Counted from the stretch's first letter, positions 29,214-38,726 are shown. The stretch: DNA of 64,000 bases from Sphingobacteriales bacterium (GCA_016719635.1 JADJYT010000003.1:223425-287424), one strand, 5' to 3'. Notes: generated by a model not told the origin, from the letters alone. Numbers and translations: made by a program.

Positions 29214-30095
29214 TTATTGTTTTACTTCTAACAATTTAAAAAACTCATCCAGTTTTGGCATGATGATAATCTCCGTACGTCGGTTGACTGTTCTGTTCGC
29301 AGGCGTATCATTGGCCACTTTAGGATAATATTCGGAACGGCCGCCGGCAATCATTCTGCCCGGATCGACGCCGTCTTTCAACTGCAATCCACGTGCAACG
29401 CAAGTGGCGCGTTTTACACTCCAATCCCAGTTGTCCGCCATACAGGCAGTGGCAATCTGAACATTGTCGGTATTTCCTTCAATCAGCACATCAAAGGTTT
29501 TGTAATCGTTGATCACCCTTGAAATTTTCTCCAGAATGGCGCCCGCTCTCGATGATATTTCAGCACTGCCGGATTTATAGAGCATTCCATCTGACAATGA
29601 AATCAACACCACTCCTTTGTCCACTCTCACGTTCACATCGGTATCATTCACATCTACCAGGGAACGTTTTAAATTCAACACCAAGACCAGATTCAATGAA
29701 TCCTTAGAACGGATCTGGGCATTCAACAAGCTGATATCCCTGCTTTGTTTATCAATCGTTTCCAGTGATTTTTTGATGCTTTCCGCTCCTTCCTTGCTGA
29801 TAACGGACAAATTTGTCAGCTGATCAAGCAATTTACCATTAGTAGATTTCTGAAAGTCCACTTCTTTCAACAGCTCTTCGATTTTCGATTTTGCTTTAGC
29901 CAATTCTGCCGACAGTGCATCATAATCACCGGATTTCTGACCAAACTTTTTCTCACACTCAGCAAGATCAGACGTTGTCTGGCGCAGAGCCTGCTCGAGT
30001 TTATCCTTATCCAGCTGAGTCGCCTGAAACTTCTTCTTGCTTACACAGGAAGACAAGGCAATCAATGCTATCAATACAATTCCAACTTTTTTCAT
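29214..30095 (-). CDS. OmpA/MotB-domain lipoprotein with an N-terminal coiled coil
   Basis: Lipobox LIALSSC, about 120 aa of coiled coil, and a C-terminal OmpA-like domain (IEGNTDN...DNWDWSVKRATCVARGL...NRRTEIIIMP). Confidence 0.8.
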   Translation of the reverse strand: MKKVGIVLIALIALSSCVSKKKFQATQLDKDKLEQALRQTTSDLAECEKKFGQKSGDYDALSAELAKAKSKIEELLKEVDFQKSTNGKLLDQLTNLSVISKEGAESIKKSLETIDKQSRDISLLNAQIRSKDSLNLVLVLNLKRSLVDVNDTDVNVRVDKGVVLISLSDGMLYKSGSAEISSRAGAILEKISRVINDYKTFDVLIEGNTDNVQIATACMADNWDWSVKRATCVARGLQLKDGVDPGRMIAGGRSEYYPKVANDTPANRTVNRRTEIIIMPKLDEFFKLLEVKQ

Positions 30096-30120
30096 AACTT
30101 ATAATTATATGATTTATGAA

Positions 30121-30441
30121 TTACCACTTCAGTTTATTTAATGCATCAATATCGGTCGATTTGGTATTCCGGTATATCATCATCAAAATAGCCAAACCTA
30201 CCGCCACTTCCGCTGCAGCCACTACCATAATGAAGAACACGAACACCTGTCCGCTGCTGTCGCCCAGGTATCTGGAAAAAGCCACCATCAGCAAGTTGAC
30301 GGCATTCAGCATCAGCTCAATACACATGAAAATGATAATGGCATTTCGTCTGAACAGAACGCCTAATACGCCAATACAGAAAAGTGTTACAGCGAGATAA
30401 ATGTACCACTGAATCGGAATACCTATTATTACTTCTTTCAT
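30121..30441 (-). CDS. nuoK: NADH-quinone oxidoreductase subunit K
   Basis: 106 aa, 3 TM helices, position between nuoJ and nuoL. Confidence 0.9.
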   Translation of the reverse strand: MKEVIIGIPIQWYIYLAVTLFCIGVLGVLFRRNAIIIFMCIELMLNAVNLLMVAFSRYLGDSSGQVFVFFIMVVAAAEVAVGLAILMMIYRNTKSTDIDALNKLKW

Positions 30442-30513
30442 TTTATTTAATTATCGTTATATGTCACAAGTTATTACCGCTGTTTATAGCCTGCCTGTAA
30501 CATTCACCTGTCA

Positions 30514-31017
30514 TCAATGTATATCTTTTTTACTCAGGAACACCGCTCCTACCATGGCCGACAAAAAAAGTATCGACGAAATTTCAAACGGAAGCATATA
30601 TTCCTTAAATAATACTTTTCCTAGATTCTCCACCAACCCGATATTGCTGTTTTGTGCGGATGGAAGCATACCTGTTTCAGCCCCTTTCAACAGGGCGACA
30701 AGACAAACCAGCAACAATCCGGCCGAGACGGCAGCAGCGACCTTCGGTATATTTTTCTTATGCGGTTCAATTTCTTTGTTCAGATTCAACATCATGATGA
30801 CATATAAAAACAGTACCATGATAGCGCCGGCATATACGATAATATGCACTACCGCAAGAAACTGTGCATTTAAAATCAGGAAATGGCCGGCGATGGCGAA
30901 AAAAGTGACCACCAAATACAAAACAGAGTGTACCGGATTTTTATCGAATATGACCATAAGCGCACTCAGCACAGCCACAAAGGATAAAAAGAAAAATAAA
31001 TACTGCGATAGATGCAT
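30514..31017 (-). CDS. nuoJ: NADH-quinone oxidoreductase subunit J
   Basis: 167 aa with NPVHSVLYLV typical of NuoJ. Confidence 0.9.
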   Translation of the reverse strand: MHLSQYLFFFLSFVAVLSALMVIFDKNPVHSVLYLVVTFFAIAGHFLILNAQFLAVVHIIVYAGAIMVLFLYVIMMLNLNKEIEPHKKNIPKVAAAVSAGLLLVCLVALLKGAETGMLPSAQNSNIGLVENLGKVLFKEYMLPFEISSILFLSAMVGAVFLSKKDIH

Positions 31018-31119
31018 ATCAGATGTGAGATTTGAGATGTGAGATTTGAGATTTATTTTTCATTTCATTATTGTTATTTAATGTGTTTGCTGATTACTTC
31101 GTTCCTCGCAATGACCTAT

Positions 31120-31731
31120 TTAATGATGTTTGTTTTCGTTTAATAAGTTTCCCCTGTCTTTCCAGGTTTGATTATGATATTTAGTTTTGTCTTTTTTAAA
31201 CTCCACTACTTCCGGTGTTTGCCTTTCCGATAAATCGATTGGATGATTTACATCTTCCACCAGTTTATCTTTGCCATATACCATATCTTTTCTGTTACCT
31301 GAAACGGGAACTATCCTGTCCGTCAGGAAGATGGCTTCTTTCGGACATGCTTCTTCACACAACCCGCAGAAAATACATCTCAGCATATTGATTTCATAAA
31401 CAGCCGCATACTTTTCTTCCCTGTATAAATGCTCATCCCCTTTCCTGCGTTCTGCTGCATCCATCGTAATGGCTTCTGCCGGGCAGGCCACTGCGCACAA
31501 TCCGCAGGCCGTACAGCGTTCAGCACCGTTTTCATCTCTTTTCAGTACATGCTGCCCCCTGTAGGTGCCGGAGATTTCTCTTTTTACTTCCGGATATCTG
31601 ACAGTAGCCGGTTTTTTAAATAAATGCCTGAACGTAATAGTCATACCATTTGCTATGGCAGGCAGGTATAACTGCTCTACCAGGCTCATTTCTTTTTTTA
31701 CTACTACCTTTTTTCTGTTCGTAAGTTGCAT
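31120..31731 (-). CDS. nuoI: NADH-quinone oxidoreductase subunit I
   Basis: Two 4Fe-4S ferredoxin motifs (CTACGLCAVACP and CIFCGLCEEACP). Confidence 0.92.
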   Translation of the reverse strand: MQLTNRKKVVVKKEMSLVEQLYLPAIANGMTITFRHLFKKPATVRYPEVKREISGTYRGQHVLKRDENGAERCTACGLCAVACPAEAITMDAAERRKGDEHLYREEKYAAVYEINMLRCIFCGLCEEACPKEAIFLTDRIVPVSGNRKDMVYGKDKLVEDVNHPIDLSERQTPEVVEFKKDKTKYHNQTWKDRGNLLNENKHH

Positions 31732-31749
31732 ACGCTACTTTTATTCATA

Positions 31750-32778
31750 CTAAACCTTTCCCAACGCATACATCAGCACACCTGTTGCCAGAATATTGAA
31801 TATTGCCAAAGGAATTAAAATTTTCCAACCTAAATTCATCAGCTGGTCATACCTGAACCTTGGAATCGTCCATCTCACCCACATAAAAAAGAAGATAAAG
31901 AAGATGATTTTCCCAAAGAAGAATGCAAATTGCAATATAGACAAGACATTTCCGTCTATCGGTAAATGATTTTGAAACGGAATATTATAGCCACCGAAAT
32001 ACAGCGAAGAGATAATCGCAGACGAGATAAATATGTTGATGTATTCCGCAAACAGATAAAAACCGAGTTTCATGGATGAATATTCGGTATGATAACCGCC
32101 TACCAGTTCCGTTTCACATTCCGGCAAGTCAAAAGGAGCCCGATTCGTTTCTGCAAATGCACATATCAGAAAGATTAAAAATCCCAACGGCTGATAAACG
32201 ACATTCCACATGGTTCCATCCTGCTGCCGCACGATTTCACCCAGGCTCAAGGAACCTGTTTTCATTATCAACGCCACCAGGGCTAAACCCATAGCGATTT
32301 CATAGCTGATCATCTGAGAGGAAGCGCGCAAAGCACCGAGCATGGAGTATTTATTATTCGATGCCCACCCGCCAATCATGATACCATATACGCCAAAAGA
32401 CACCACGCCAAAAACATAGAGAATGCCGATATTGATATCCGCAATCTGCAATGGAAATGAATAATCGCCGATATTGATATTGCCGCCCCACGGCACCACC
32501 ACGCCCGTCATCAATGCGGTGAGCATAGCCAGGCTCGGCCCTAAAATAAACAAGAATTTATTAGATACGGTCGGAATGATTTCTTCTTTCATAAACATCT
32601 TCAAACCGTCCGCCATCGGCTGCAGGATACCAAACGGACCGGCTCTGTCCGGACCGATTCTATCCTGCATAAATGCCGCCACTTTCCTTTCTGCATACGT
32701 TGAATAGGCTGCAACACCCAATGATATCAGGAATACCAACAGTACCAAAATAGTTTTATACAGGATAAATATCGCCAT
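31750..32778 (-). CDS. nuoH: NADH-quinone oxidoreductase subunit H
   Basis: 342 aa with ERKV.AFMQDRIGP and ETNR.PFDLPE..ELV.GYHTEYS motifs. Confidence 0.93.
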   Translation of the reverse strand: MAIFILYKTILVLLVFLISLGVAAYSTYAERKVAAFMQDRIGPDRAGPFGILQPMADGLKMFMKEEIIPTVSNKFLFILGPSLAMLTALMTGVVVPWGGNINIGDYSFPLQIADINIGILYVFGVVSFGVYGIMIGGWASNNKYSMLGALRASSQMISYEIAMGLALVALIMKTGSLSLGEIVRQQDGTMWNVVYQPLGFLIFLICAFAETNRAPFDLPECETELVGGYHTEYSSMKLGFYLFAEYINIFISSAIISSLYFGGYNIPFQNHLPIDGNVLSILQFAFFFGKIIFFIFFFMWVRWTIPRFRYDQLMNLGWKILIPLAIFNILATGVLMYALGKV

Positions 32779-33803
32779 TACTTTTCAATATTATTCGGAT
32801 TCAAGGCACCTTCGCCCAAATCCACTTTTTTACCTTCTAATTTTTGCATGTGTTTATAAACACCAATCTGTAATTTTTTCAACTCATAATGATTTTGAGA
32901 AATAACGGAATGATGGCTTACTTTACTCGGTCCTTCTATCGTCCAGTCTTTCACCTGTTTTTTATCAAAGCGACAATCATTACAGATAAATTCCTCCACT
33001 TCTCCCCACCTGTCTTTGCGGGCGGTAACACGCAATACATCCTCTCCTTTCATCCACAAGCGGACCTTGCCGGAACATTTCGGGCAATCTCTGTGCGCAT
33101 CTACCGGATTGGTAAACCAAACACGGCTTTTGAAACGGAATGTCCTGTCCGTTAATGCACCTACCGGACAAACATCAATCACATTTCCGGAAAAATCATT
33201 TTCAATCGCCTTTTCGATATAGGTAGAAATTTCAGCGTGGTCGCCACGATTAATCACACCATGAACGCGGCCGTCGGTAATCTGCTCACATGTTTTCACG
33301 CATCGGTAACACAGAATACACCGGTTCATGTGCAGCTTGATCTTATTTCCTATATCGATTGGATCAAACTCTCTGCGCTGAAATTCATAGCGTGTTCCTT
33401 CTTTGCCATTTTCATAGCTTAAATCCTGCAGATGACATTCCCCAGCCTGGTCGCAGACCGGACAATCCAAAGGGTGGTTGATCAGTAAAAACTCCACCAC
33501 ACCGGCACGGGCTTCAAGTAATTCAGGGGAAGTCGTATTCCGCACCACCATACCGTCCATCACGTTTGTTCTGCAACTGGGAACCGGTTTCGGCATAGGA
33601 CGCGGATCTTTTTCCGAACCTTTTTCCACCGTGACGATACAGGTTCTGCAATAGCCACCGGAGGTTTTCAGCTTGGAATAATAACACATGGTTGGCGGTG
33701 CAATGTTTGTGCCGTGTTGCTCGTCTATCCTTCTTGCCGCTGCCAGAATACTGGTGCCGTCCGGAACTTCGATGGTTGTATCGTCTATGGTTACCTTTGC
33801 CAT
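32778..33803 (-). CDS. nuoG: NADH-quinone oxidoreductase subunit G (short form, 2Fe-2S plus 4Fe-4S clusters)
   Basis: N-terminal 2Fe-2S ferredoxin-like cysteines, HPLDCPVCDQAGEC and CILCYRCV clusters; its stop overlaps the nuoH start by 1 nt. Confidence 0.88.
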   Translation of the reverse strand: MAKVTIDDTTIEVPDGTSILAAARRIDEQHGTNIAPPTMCYYSKLKTSGGYCRTCIVTVEKGSEKDPRPMPKPVPSCRTNVMDGMVVRNTTSPELLEARAGVVEFLLINHPLDCPVCDQAGECHLQDLSYENGKEGTRYEFQRREFDPIDIGNKIKLHMNRCILCYRCVKTCEQITDGRVHGVINRGDHAEISTYIEKAIENDFSGNVIDVCPVGALTDRTFRFKSRVWFTNPVDAHRDCPKCSGKVRLWMKGEDVLRVTARKDRWGEVEEFICNDCRFDKKQVKDWTIEGPSKVSHHSVISQNHYELKKLQIGVYKHMQKLEGKKVDLGEGALNPNNIEK

Positions 33804-33885
33804 GTTAAAAATTAATAAGTTTGAATGAAAAAGCCATAAGTTTTTAGTTGTTTTTTAATAGCTTTTCTTCAAGTTTCCACACAAC

Positions 33886-34068
33886 GGGGGGTCAAATTTT
33901 TTCCCTTCTCCCCCCCCCCAAAAATACCCCCCCCCCCCCCCCCCCCCCCTCTTAAAAAAAAAACTTCCCACGCCCCCCGGCCCCCCCACCCCCGCGGGGG
34001 AGGGGGGGGGGGCCCAACCCCCCCGCCCGCCCCGGCCCCCCCTTTTTTTTTTCCTTCCCAAAAAACCT
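33886..34068. repeat. second homopolymer-run tract (~180 bp) between nuoF and nuoG, probable sequence artefact
   Basis: Includes a run of about 23 C, and G and T runs of 10-12 nt. Confidence 0.8.
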
Positions 34069-34073
34069 TTATT

Positions 34074-35423
34074 TTAACTTATTACTTGTTGAATATTATT
34101 TAATCTGTAATAATGTTTCACATCATGAATGGATTGAGGATTGCGGACATACTCTTCAAATTCGTGCCTGAAATGACGAATTGCCGCAGCTACCGGCCAG
34201 GCAGCCGCTTCACCCAAGGGACAAATTGTTTTTCCTTCAATCTTCGACTGCACATCCCACAATAAATCGATATCCTTCATGGTTGCCTTACCATCTATAA
34301 ATTTTTGAAGGATTTTTTCCATCCAGCCGGTTCCTTCACGACACGGCGAACACTGACCGCAGCTTTCATGATGATAGAAACGGGCGAATGTGAACAGATT
34401 TTTTACAATGGAAGTATCTTCATCCATGGCTATAAATCCGCCGGAGCCCAACATGGTACCGGTTGCAAAGCCGCCGTCACTCAGGGATTCATACGTCATT
34501 AAACGAGGTTCACCTTTAGCTGTTTTTAAGATTAATTCTGTAGGCAAAATCGGAACGGAAGAACCGCCGGCAACCACTGCCTTTAACTTTTTCCCGTTAC
34601 GGATACCCCCGCAATATGCATCGCTGTAAATAAACTCCTCTACCGGCAATCCTAATTCAATTTCATATACTCCCGGTTTATTGATATGGCCGGAAGCAGA
34701 AATCAATTTTGTACCTGTGGATTTTCCAATACCAATTTTAGCATAGGCCTCGCCGCCGTCATTGACGATTGGAACCACTGCAGCAATCGTTTCTACATTA
34801 TTTACTACTGTCGGACGCCCCCACAAACCCGCTACTGCCGGAAAAGGTGGCTTCAGTCTCGGATTTCCTCTTTTGCCTTCCAGTGATTCCAGCAACGCCG
34901 TTTCTTCCCCACATATATAGGCACCACCGCCGGGTTGTACATATAAATCCAGATCGTAGCCGGAACCTAAAATATTTTTCCCCAAAAGTCCGGCTGCATA
35001 GGCTTCCTTGATGGCGTTTTGCAAAATCTTGATGATGTAATAATATTCACCCCGCACGTAGATGTATGAAGTACTGGCACCTAAAGCATAACTTGAAACA
35101 ATCATTCCTTCCAATAACAGATGAGGAATGCGCTCCATCAGGTATCTGTCTTTGAACGTTCCCGGTTCAGATTCATCGGCATTACAGACCAGATGGCGGG
35201 GAACGCCTTCCGGTTTGGCGAGGAAACTCCATTTCATACCCGTAGGAAAGCCTGCACCTCCGCGGCCCCGCAAACCTGATTTCTTTACTTCCTCCACCAC
35301 ATCATCCGGCTTCATCGTTTTCAGCGCCTTCTCCAGTGATTTATAACCATTGTGCTGACGGTAAACTTCTAACGTATTTATCCCCGGTATATGATCGTAT
35401 GTAAGTAATATTTTTTTGCTCAT
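34074..35423 (-). CDS. nuoF: NADH-quinone oxidoreductase subunit F
   Basis: GRGGAGFPTG FMN/NADH motif and the ESCGQCSPCREG 4Fe-4S motif. Confidence 0.95.
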   Translation of the reverse strand: MSKKILLTYDHIPGINTLEVYRQHNGYKSLEKALKTMKPDDVVEEVKKSGLRGRGGAGFPTGMKWSFLAKPEGVPRHLVCNADESEPGTFKDRYLMERIPHLLLEGMIVSSYALGASTSYIYVRGEYYYIIKILQNAIKEAYAAGLLGKNILGSGYDLDLYVQPGGGAYICGEETALLESLEGKRGNPRLKPPFPAVAGLWGRPTVVNNVETIAAVVPIVNDGGEAYAKIGIGKSTGTKLISASGHINKPGVYEIELGLPVEEFIYSDAYCGGIRNGKKLKAVVAGGSSVPILPTELILKTAKGEPRLMTYESLSDGGFATGTMLGSGGFIAMDEDTSIVKNLFTFARFYHHESCGQCSPCREGTGWMEKILQKFIDGKATMKDIDLLWDVQSKIEGKTICPLGEAAAWPVAAAIRHFRHEFEEYVRNPQSIHDVKHYYRLNNIQQVIS

Positions 35424-35469
35424 GTTTTATTCAATAGATGCTAAACAGGTTCAGCAATTCAGTAATGTG

Positions 35470-35991
35470 TTATACGTATCTGCTTCGTTTATTTTCTTTT
35501 CTTAAGTCCTCTAAAATCGTATCAATTTTATCAAAGGTCAGGTTTTCATAATACTTATCCCCTATCTGAAACATCGGCGCCGTTCCGCACGAACCCAGAC
35601 ACTCCACCGTTTTGATTTGGAACATACCGTCTTGAGTGGGCTGTCCGACTTCCACCTGTAATTTACTTTCCAGGTATCTGACTATATCTTCCGAGCCGCA
35701 CATCCAGCAGGAACTCGTCTGACAGATTTCTATCAGGTATTTGCCTACCGGTTTCAAATTAAACATAGAATAAAAGGAAGCCACTTCATATACTTCTATC
35801 GGTTGTATGTTCAAGATAGATGCCACATAATCCATCACTGGTGCACTCAACCAGCCATCAAATTCAGCCTGTGCCAGGTGCAGTAAAGGCAACAAAGCTG
35901 ATTTGCTTTTATCCTTAGGATATTGATTTAAAATCTCCTGCACTTTTTGTTGTGCTTCGTCTGAAAATTTTATGTCTGTCGCTGTTGTCAT
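35470..35991 (-). CDS. nuoE: NADH-quinone oxidoreductase subunit E
   Basis: Thioredoxin-like 2Fe-2S pattern (C..SSC....., CLGSCGTAP). Start set at the ATG at 35991; the track start at 36015 is a TTG. Confidence 0.9.
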   Translation of the reverse strand: MTTATDIKFSDEAQQKVQEILNQYPKDKSKSALLPLLHLAQAEFDGWLSAPVMDYVASILNIQPIEVYEVASFYSMFNLKPVGKYLIEICQTSSCWMCGSEDIVRYLESKLQVEVGQPTQDGMFQIKTVECLGSCGTAPMFQIGDKYYENLTFDKIDTILEDLRKENKRSRYV

Positions 35992-36045
35992 TAATTCAAA
36001 GTCTTCTAAGTTCAAAAAGATCCCTCACTTCGTTCGGTATAGATG

Positions 36046-37239
36046 CTATGCGTCTAATTCTCCTGCAATCACATTCATGCTGCTCATCGTCAAAATCGCA
36101 TCACTCAGCATACCGCCGCGTATCATGCTCGGATAAGCCTGATAATAGATAAAGCAGGGCCGGCGAAAATGCAAACGAAATGGCTGACGTCCGCCGTCAC
36201 TGATTAAATAAAAGCCCAACTCTCCGTTTCCGCCTTCCACGCTGTGGTATACTTCCCCTTTCGGAACTGCCGTTTCTCCCATCACAATTTTAAAATGATA
36301 AATCAGGGCTTCCATTTTACTGTACACATCCTGTTTGGGAGGCAGATAAAACTCCGGCAAATCGGCATGATAACTGCCATCCGGCATATTTTTAATGGCT
36401 TGTTCAATAATGCGCATACTTTGCCACATCTCTTCCATACGCACCATATACCGGTCATACGTATCACCACTGGTACCCACCGGAATGTCAAACTGAAAAT
36501 CCTGGTAGGAGGAATATGGATTCGCCACACGGACATCATAATCCAAGCCGGCCGCCCGGAGATTTGGACCGGTGAAACCATAATCCAATGCATCTTCTAC
36601 GGAAATACCGCCAATATTGATGGTTCTGTCCATGAAAATGCGGTTTCTGTCCACCAATTTCTGGAACTCTGCCAATCCTTTCGGGAACTCTTTCATAAAG
36701 TGATGGATCTTATCCCATACTTTTGGAGAGAAATCTCTTTCCATTCCGCCTATTCGTCCGATGTTGGTAGTGAGTCTGGCACCGCATATCTCTTCAAAGA
36801 TTTCGTAAATCCATTCCCTGTATTGAAACAAATGCAGGAATCCCGTCATAGCACCTGTATCTACGGCGATTACCGTATCACAAACAATATGATCCGCAAT
36901 ACGGGACAACTCCATGATAATGACACGCATATATTGCGCACGTTTCGGAATTTCGGCACCGATTAATTTCTCCACCGTCATATGCCATCCCATATTATTT
37001 ATAGGAGAAGAACAATAGTTCAACCGGTCGGTAATAGGTGTAATCTGATTATAGGGCCTCCGTTCGGATAATTTTTCAAATGCCCGGTGGATATAACCTA
37101 TGGTTGAAACCGCATCCACGATCACTTCCCCATCCATCGTCAATACATTCTGAAATATACCGTGCGTGGCCGGGTGCGTTGGGCCAAGGTTCAGCGTAGA
37201 ATATTGCTTTTTTTCGTATGTAGAACTTGTATTATTCAT
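36046..37239 (-). CDS. nuoD: NADH-quinone oxidoreductase subunit D
   Basis: 397 aa with NLGPTHPATHG and a C-terminal ...VIAGELDA motif typical of the 49-kDa subunit. Confidence 0.95.
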   Translation of the reverse strand: MNNTSSTYEKKQYSTLNLGPTHPATHGIFQNVLTMDGEVIVDAVSTIGYIHRAFEKLSERRPYNQITPITDRLNYCSSPINNMGWHMTVEKLIGAEIPKRAQYMRVIIMELSRIADHIVCDTVIAVDTGAMTGFLHLFQYREWIYEIFEEICGARLTTNIGRIGGMERDFSPKVWDKIHHFMKEFPKGLAEFQKLVDRNRIFMDRTINIGGISVEDALDYGFTGPNLRAAGLDYDVRVANPYSSYQDFQFDIPVGTSGDTYDRYMVRMEEMWQSMRIIEQAIKNMPDGSYHADLPEFYLPPKQDVYSKMEALIYHFKIVMGETAVPKGEVYHSVEGGNGELGFYLISDGGRQPFRLHFRRPCFIYYQAYPSMIRGGMLSDAILTMSSMNVIAGELDA

Positions 37240-37307
37240 CAGTCAATAGTCAGTAGTATTCTGAGTTTTATTTAAATTTTCCTCACTTTGTTCGGAATAA
37301 AGCTTGT

Positions 37308-37814
37308 TTACCGTCCAAACATCTTATCATTTTTATCTTCCCGCTGCAAATCTTCCAGTGGGTATTCCTTTCGCATCGGGAAATAATTCATTTCGTCCAT
37401 ATTGAGGATTCGTCTCAAATTCGGATGTCCGATAAAATTGAATCCAAAAAAATCATACTCCTGTCTTTCCATCCAGTTGGCAGTCTTCCAGACATCCGTC
37501 AACGTCGGCACATTCATATCTTCCCTGCTCATGAACGTTTTGATACGAACTCTCCAATTTTTAGGCATATTATGCAACTGATACATCAACCCAAACTCCT
37601 TATCCTGCAGATTTTCAGGATAATGTAATCCGCATAAGGTAGTCAGGAAATGAAAATTCAGTTCTTTATCTTCTTTCAGAAAGACGAGCACCTCTTTGAT
37701 AAGATCTTTTTTAACTATAAAAACAGGAATATCGTATTGGAGTTCGTATGCCAGCAGGCCACCATCAAATCTTTGCTGAAGTTTATCTTTTACTATATCT
37801 AACAATTCACTCAT
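37308..37814 (-). CDS. nuoC: NADH-quinone oxidoreductase subunit C
   Basis: 168 aa with ANWMERQEYDFFG.F.GHP.LRRIL. Confidence 0.92.
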   Translation of the reverse strand: MSELLDIVKDKLQQRFDGGLLAYELQYDIPVFIVKKDLIKEVLVFLKEDKELNFHFLTTLCGLHYPENLQDKEFGLMYQLHNMPKNWRVRIKTFMSREDMNVPTLTDVWKTANWMERQEYDFFGFNFIGHPNLRRILNMDEMNYFPMRKEYPLEDLQREDKNDKMFGR

Positions 37815-37881
37815 CTTTCAGTATTAAGTATTTAGCAGGCAGTAAGCAGAAACACTACATACTACGCGAACTGTTTACCCT

Positions 37882-38436
37882 CTATTCTATTCCGTATTGA
37901 GCCAACATCGCTTTGTACTCCGGAGAATCCCTTCTTCTGCGTTCCTCACTTTTTGCCAACTCCTGTATTTTTAATATTCCATCGAGTACCTGCTCCGGAC
38001 GCGGCGGGCAGCCAGGAATATAAACATCCACCGGAATAATCCTGTCAATTCCCTGCAATACGCTATAAGTATCGAAGATTCCGCCACTGCTGGCACAGGC
38101 ACCCATACTCAGCACCCATTTAGGTTCTGCCATCTGCTCGTATACCTGACGCAGTACCGGCCCCATTTTCTTGGAGATGGTACCCATCACCATTAATAAA
38201 TCTGCCTGACGGGGAGAAAAGCTCAAACGCTCAGATCCGAACCGAGCCAAATCGTAATGAGCCGCCATGGTAGCCATAAATTCAATTCCACAACACGATG
38301 TTGCAAACGGCAATGGCCATAAGGAGTTAGCCCTTGCCAATCCCACCACTTTATCCAAAGAGGTGGCAAAGAATCCCTGCCCTTCCAATCCTTCAGGTTT
38401 GTATGCCGGGTGAATATCTATCGCTGTTGTACTCAT
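37882..38436 (-). CDS. nuoB: NADH-quinone oxidoreductase subunit B
   Basis: [15 protein letters not shown] and IPGCPPRPE cysteine motifs. Confidence 0.95.
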   Translation of the reverse strand: MSTTAIDIHPAYKPEGLEGQGFFATSLDKVVGLARANSLWPLPFATSCCGIEFMATMAAHYDLARFGSERLSFSPRQADLLMVMGTISKKMGPVLRQVYEQMAEPKWVLSMGACASSGGIFDTYSVLQGIDRIIPVDVYIPGCPPRPEQVLDGILKIQELAKSEERRRRDSPEYKAMLAQYGIE

Positions 38437-38517
38437 TTTTAAAGTATTTAGTAGCGGGTAGGCAGTTTGCAGTTATACTGCTTACTTAAAGACTGCATAC
38501 TGAATACTACTTTATTT

Positions 38518-38698
38518 CTATTCCCATTTCAGTGCCCCTTTCTTGATGATATAGAAAAACCCCCTCCAGTTTTGTTTTGGATTTATGGTGAGGTCCCATC
38601 CAGTGCGTCACCCCCATCACGAGGCCGACAAAACCCAAAGCCACCAGGAACATCATGACAATTGGCAGAAAAACTAATATCTGGCTGGCTAAAAGCAT
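38518..38698 (-). pseudogene. nuoA: nuoA with its conserved core missing and a frame change (only 1 TM helix plus the extreme C-terminus remain)
   Basis: From the ATG at 38698 the frame reads MLLASQILVFLPIVMMFLVALGFVGLVMGVTHWMGPHHKSKTK. In the other frame, starting inside ctggagggggttttt, it reads ...WRGFFYIIKKGALKWE* (stop at 38520-38518), which is the canonical NuoA C-terminus. The roughly 55-60 codons normally between them, including the ECG and FDVE regions, are absent. Confidence 0.7.
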
Positions 38699-38718
38699 TT
38701 TTACGATTTGAAGACACG

Positions 38719-38726
38719 CAAATATA
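38719..38726 (-). promoter_or_regulatory. candidate -7 box (TATATTTG) for the nuo operon
   Basis: Exact TAnnTTTG match on the minus strand, 20 nt upstream of the nuoA ATG, in the 156-nt divergent intergenic region. Confidence 0.4.

Noticed and set aside
24358-37400. Numerous plus-strand ORFs of 60-240 aa across the nuo operon (for example 24612..25106, 30461..31042 and 36244..36966).
   Set aside because: All lie antisense to strongly supported nuo genes and show no motifs. They are typical shadow ORFs.
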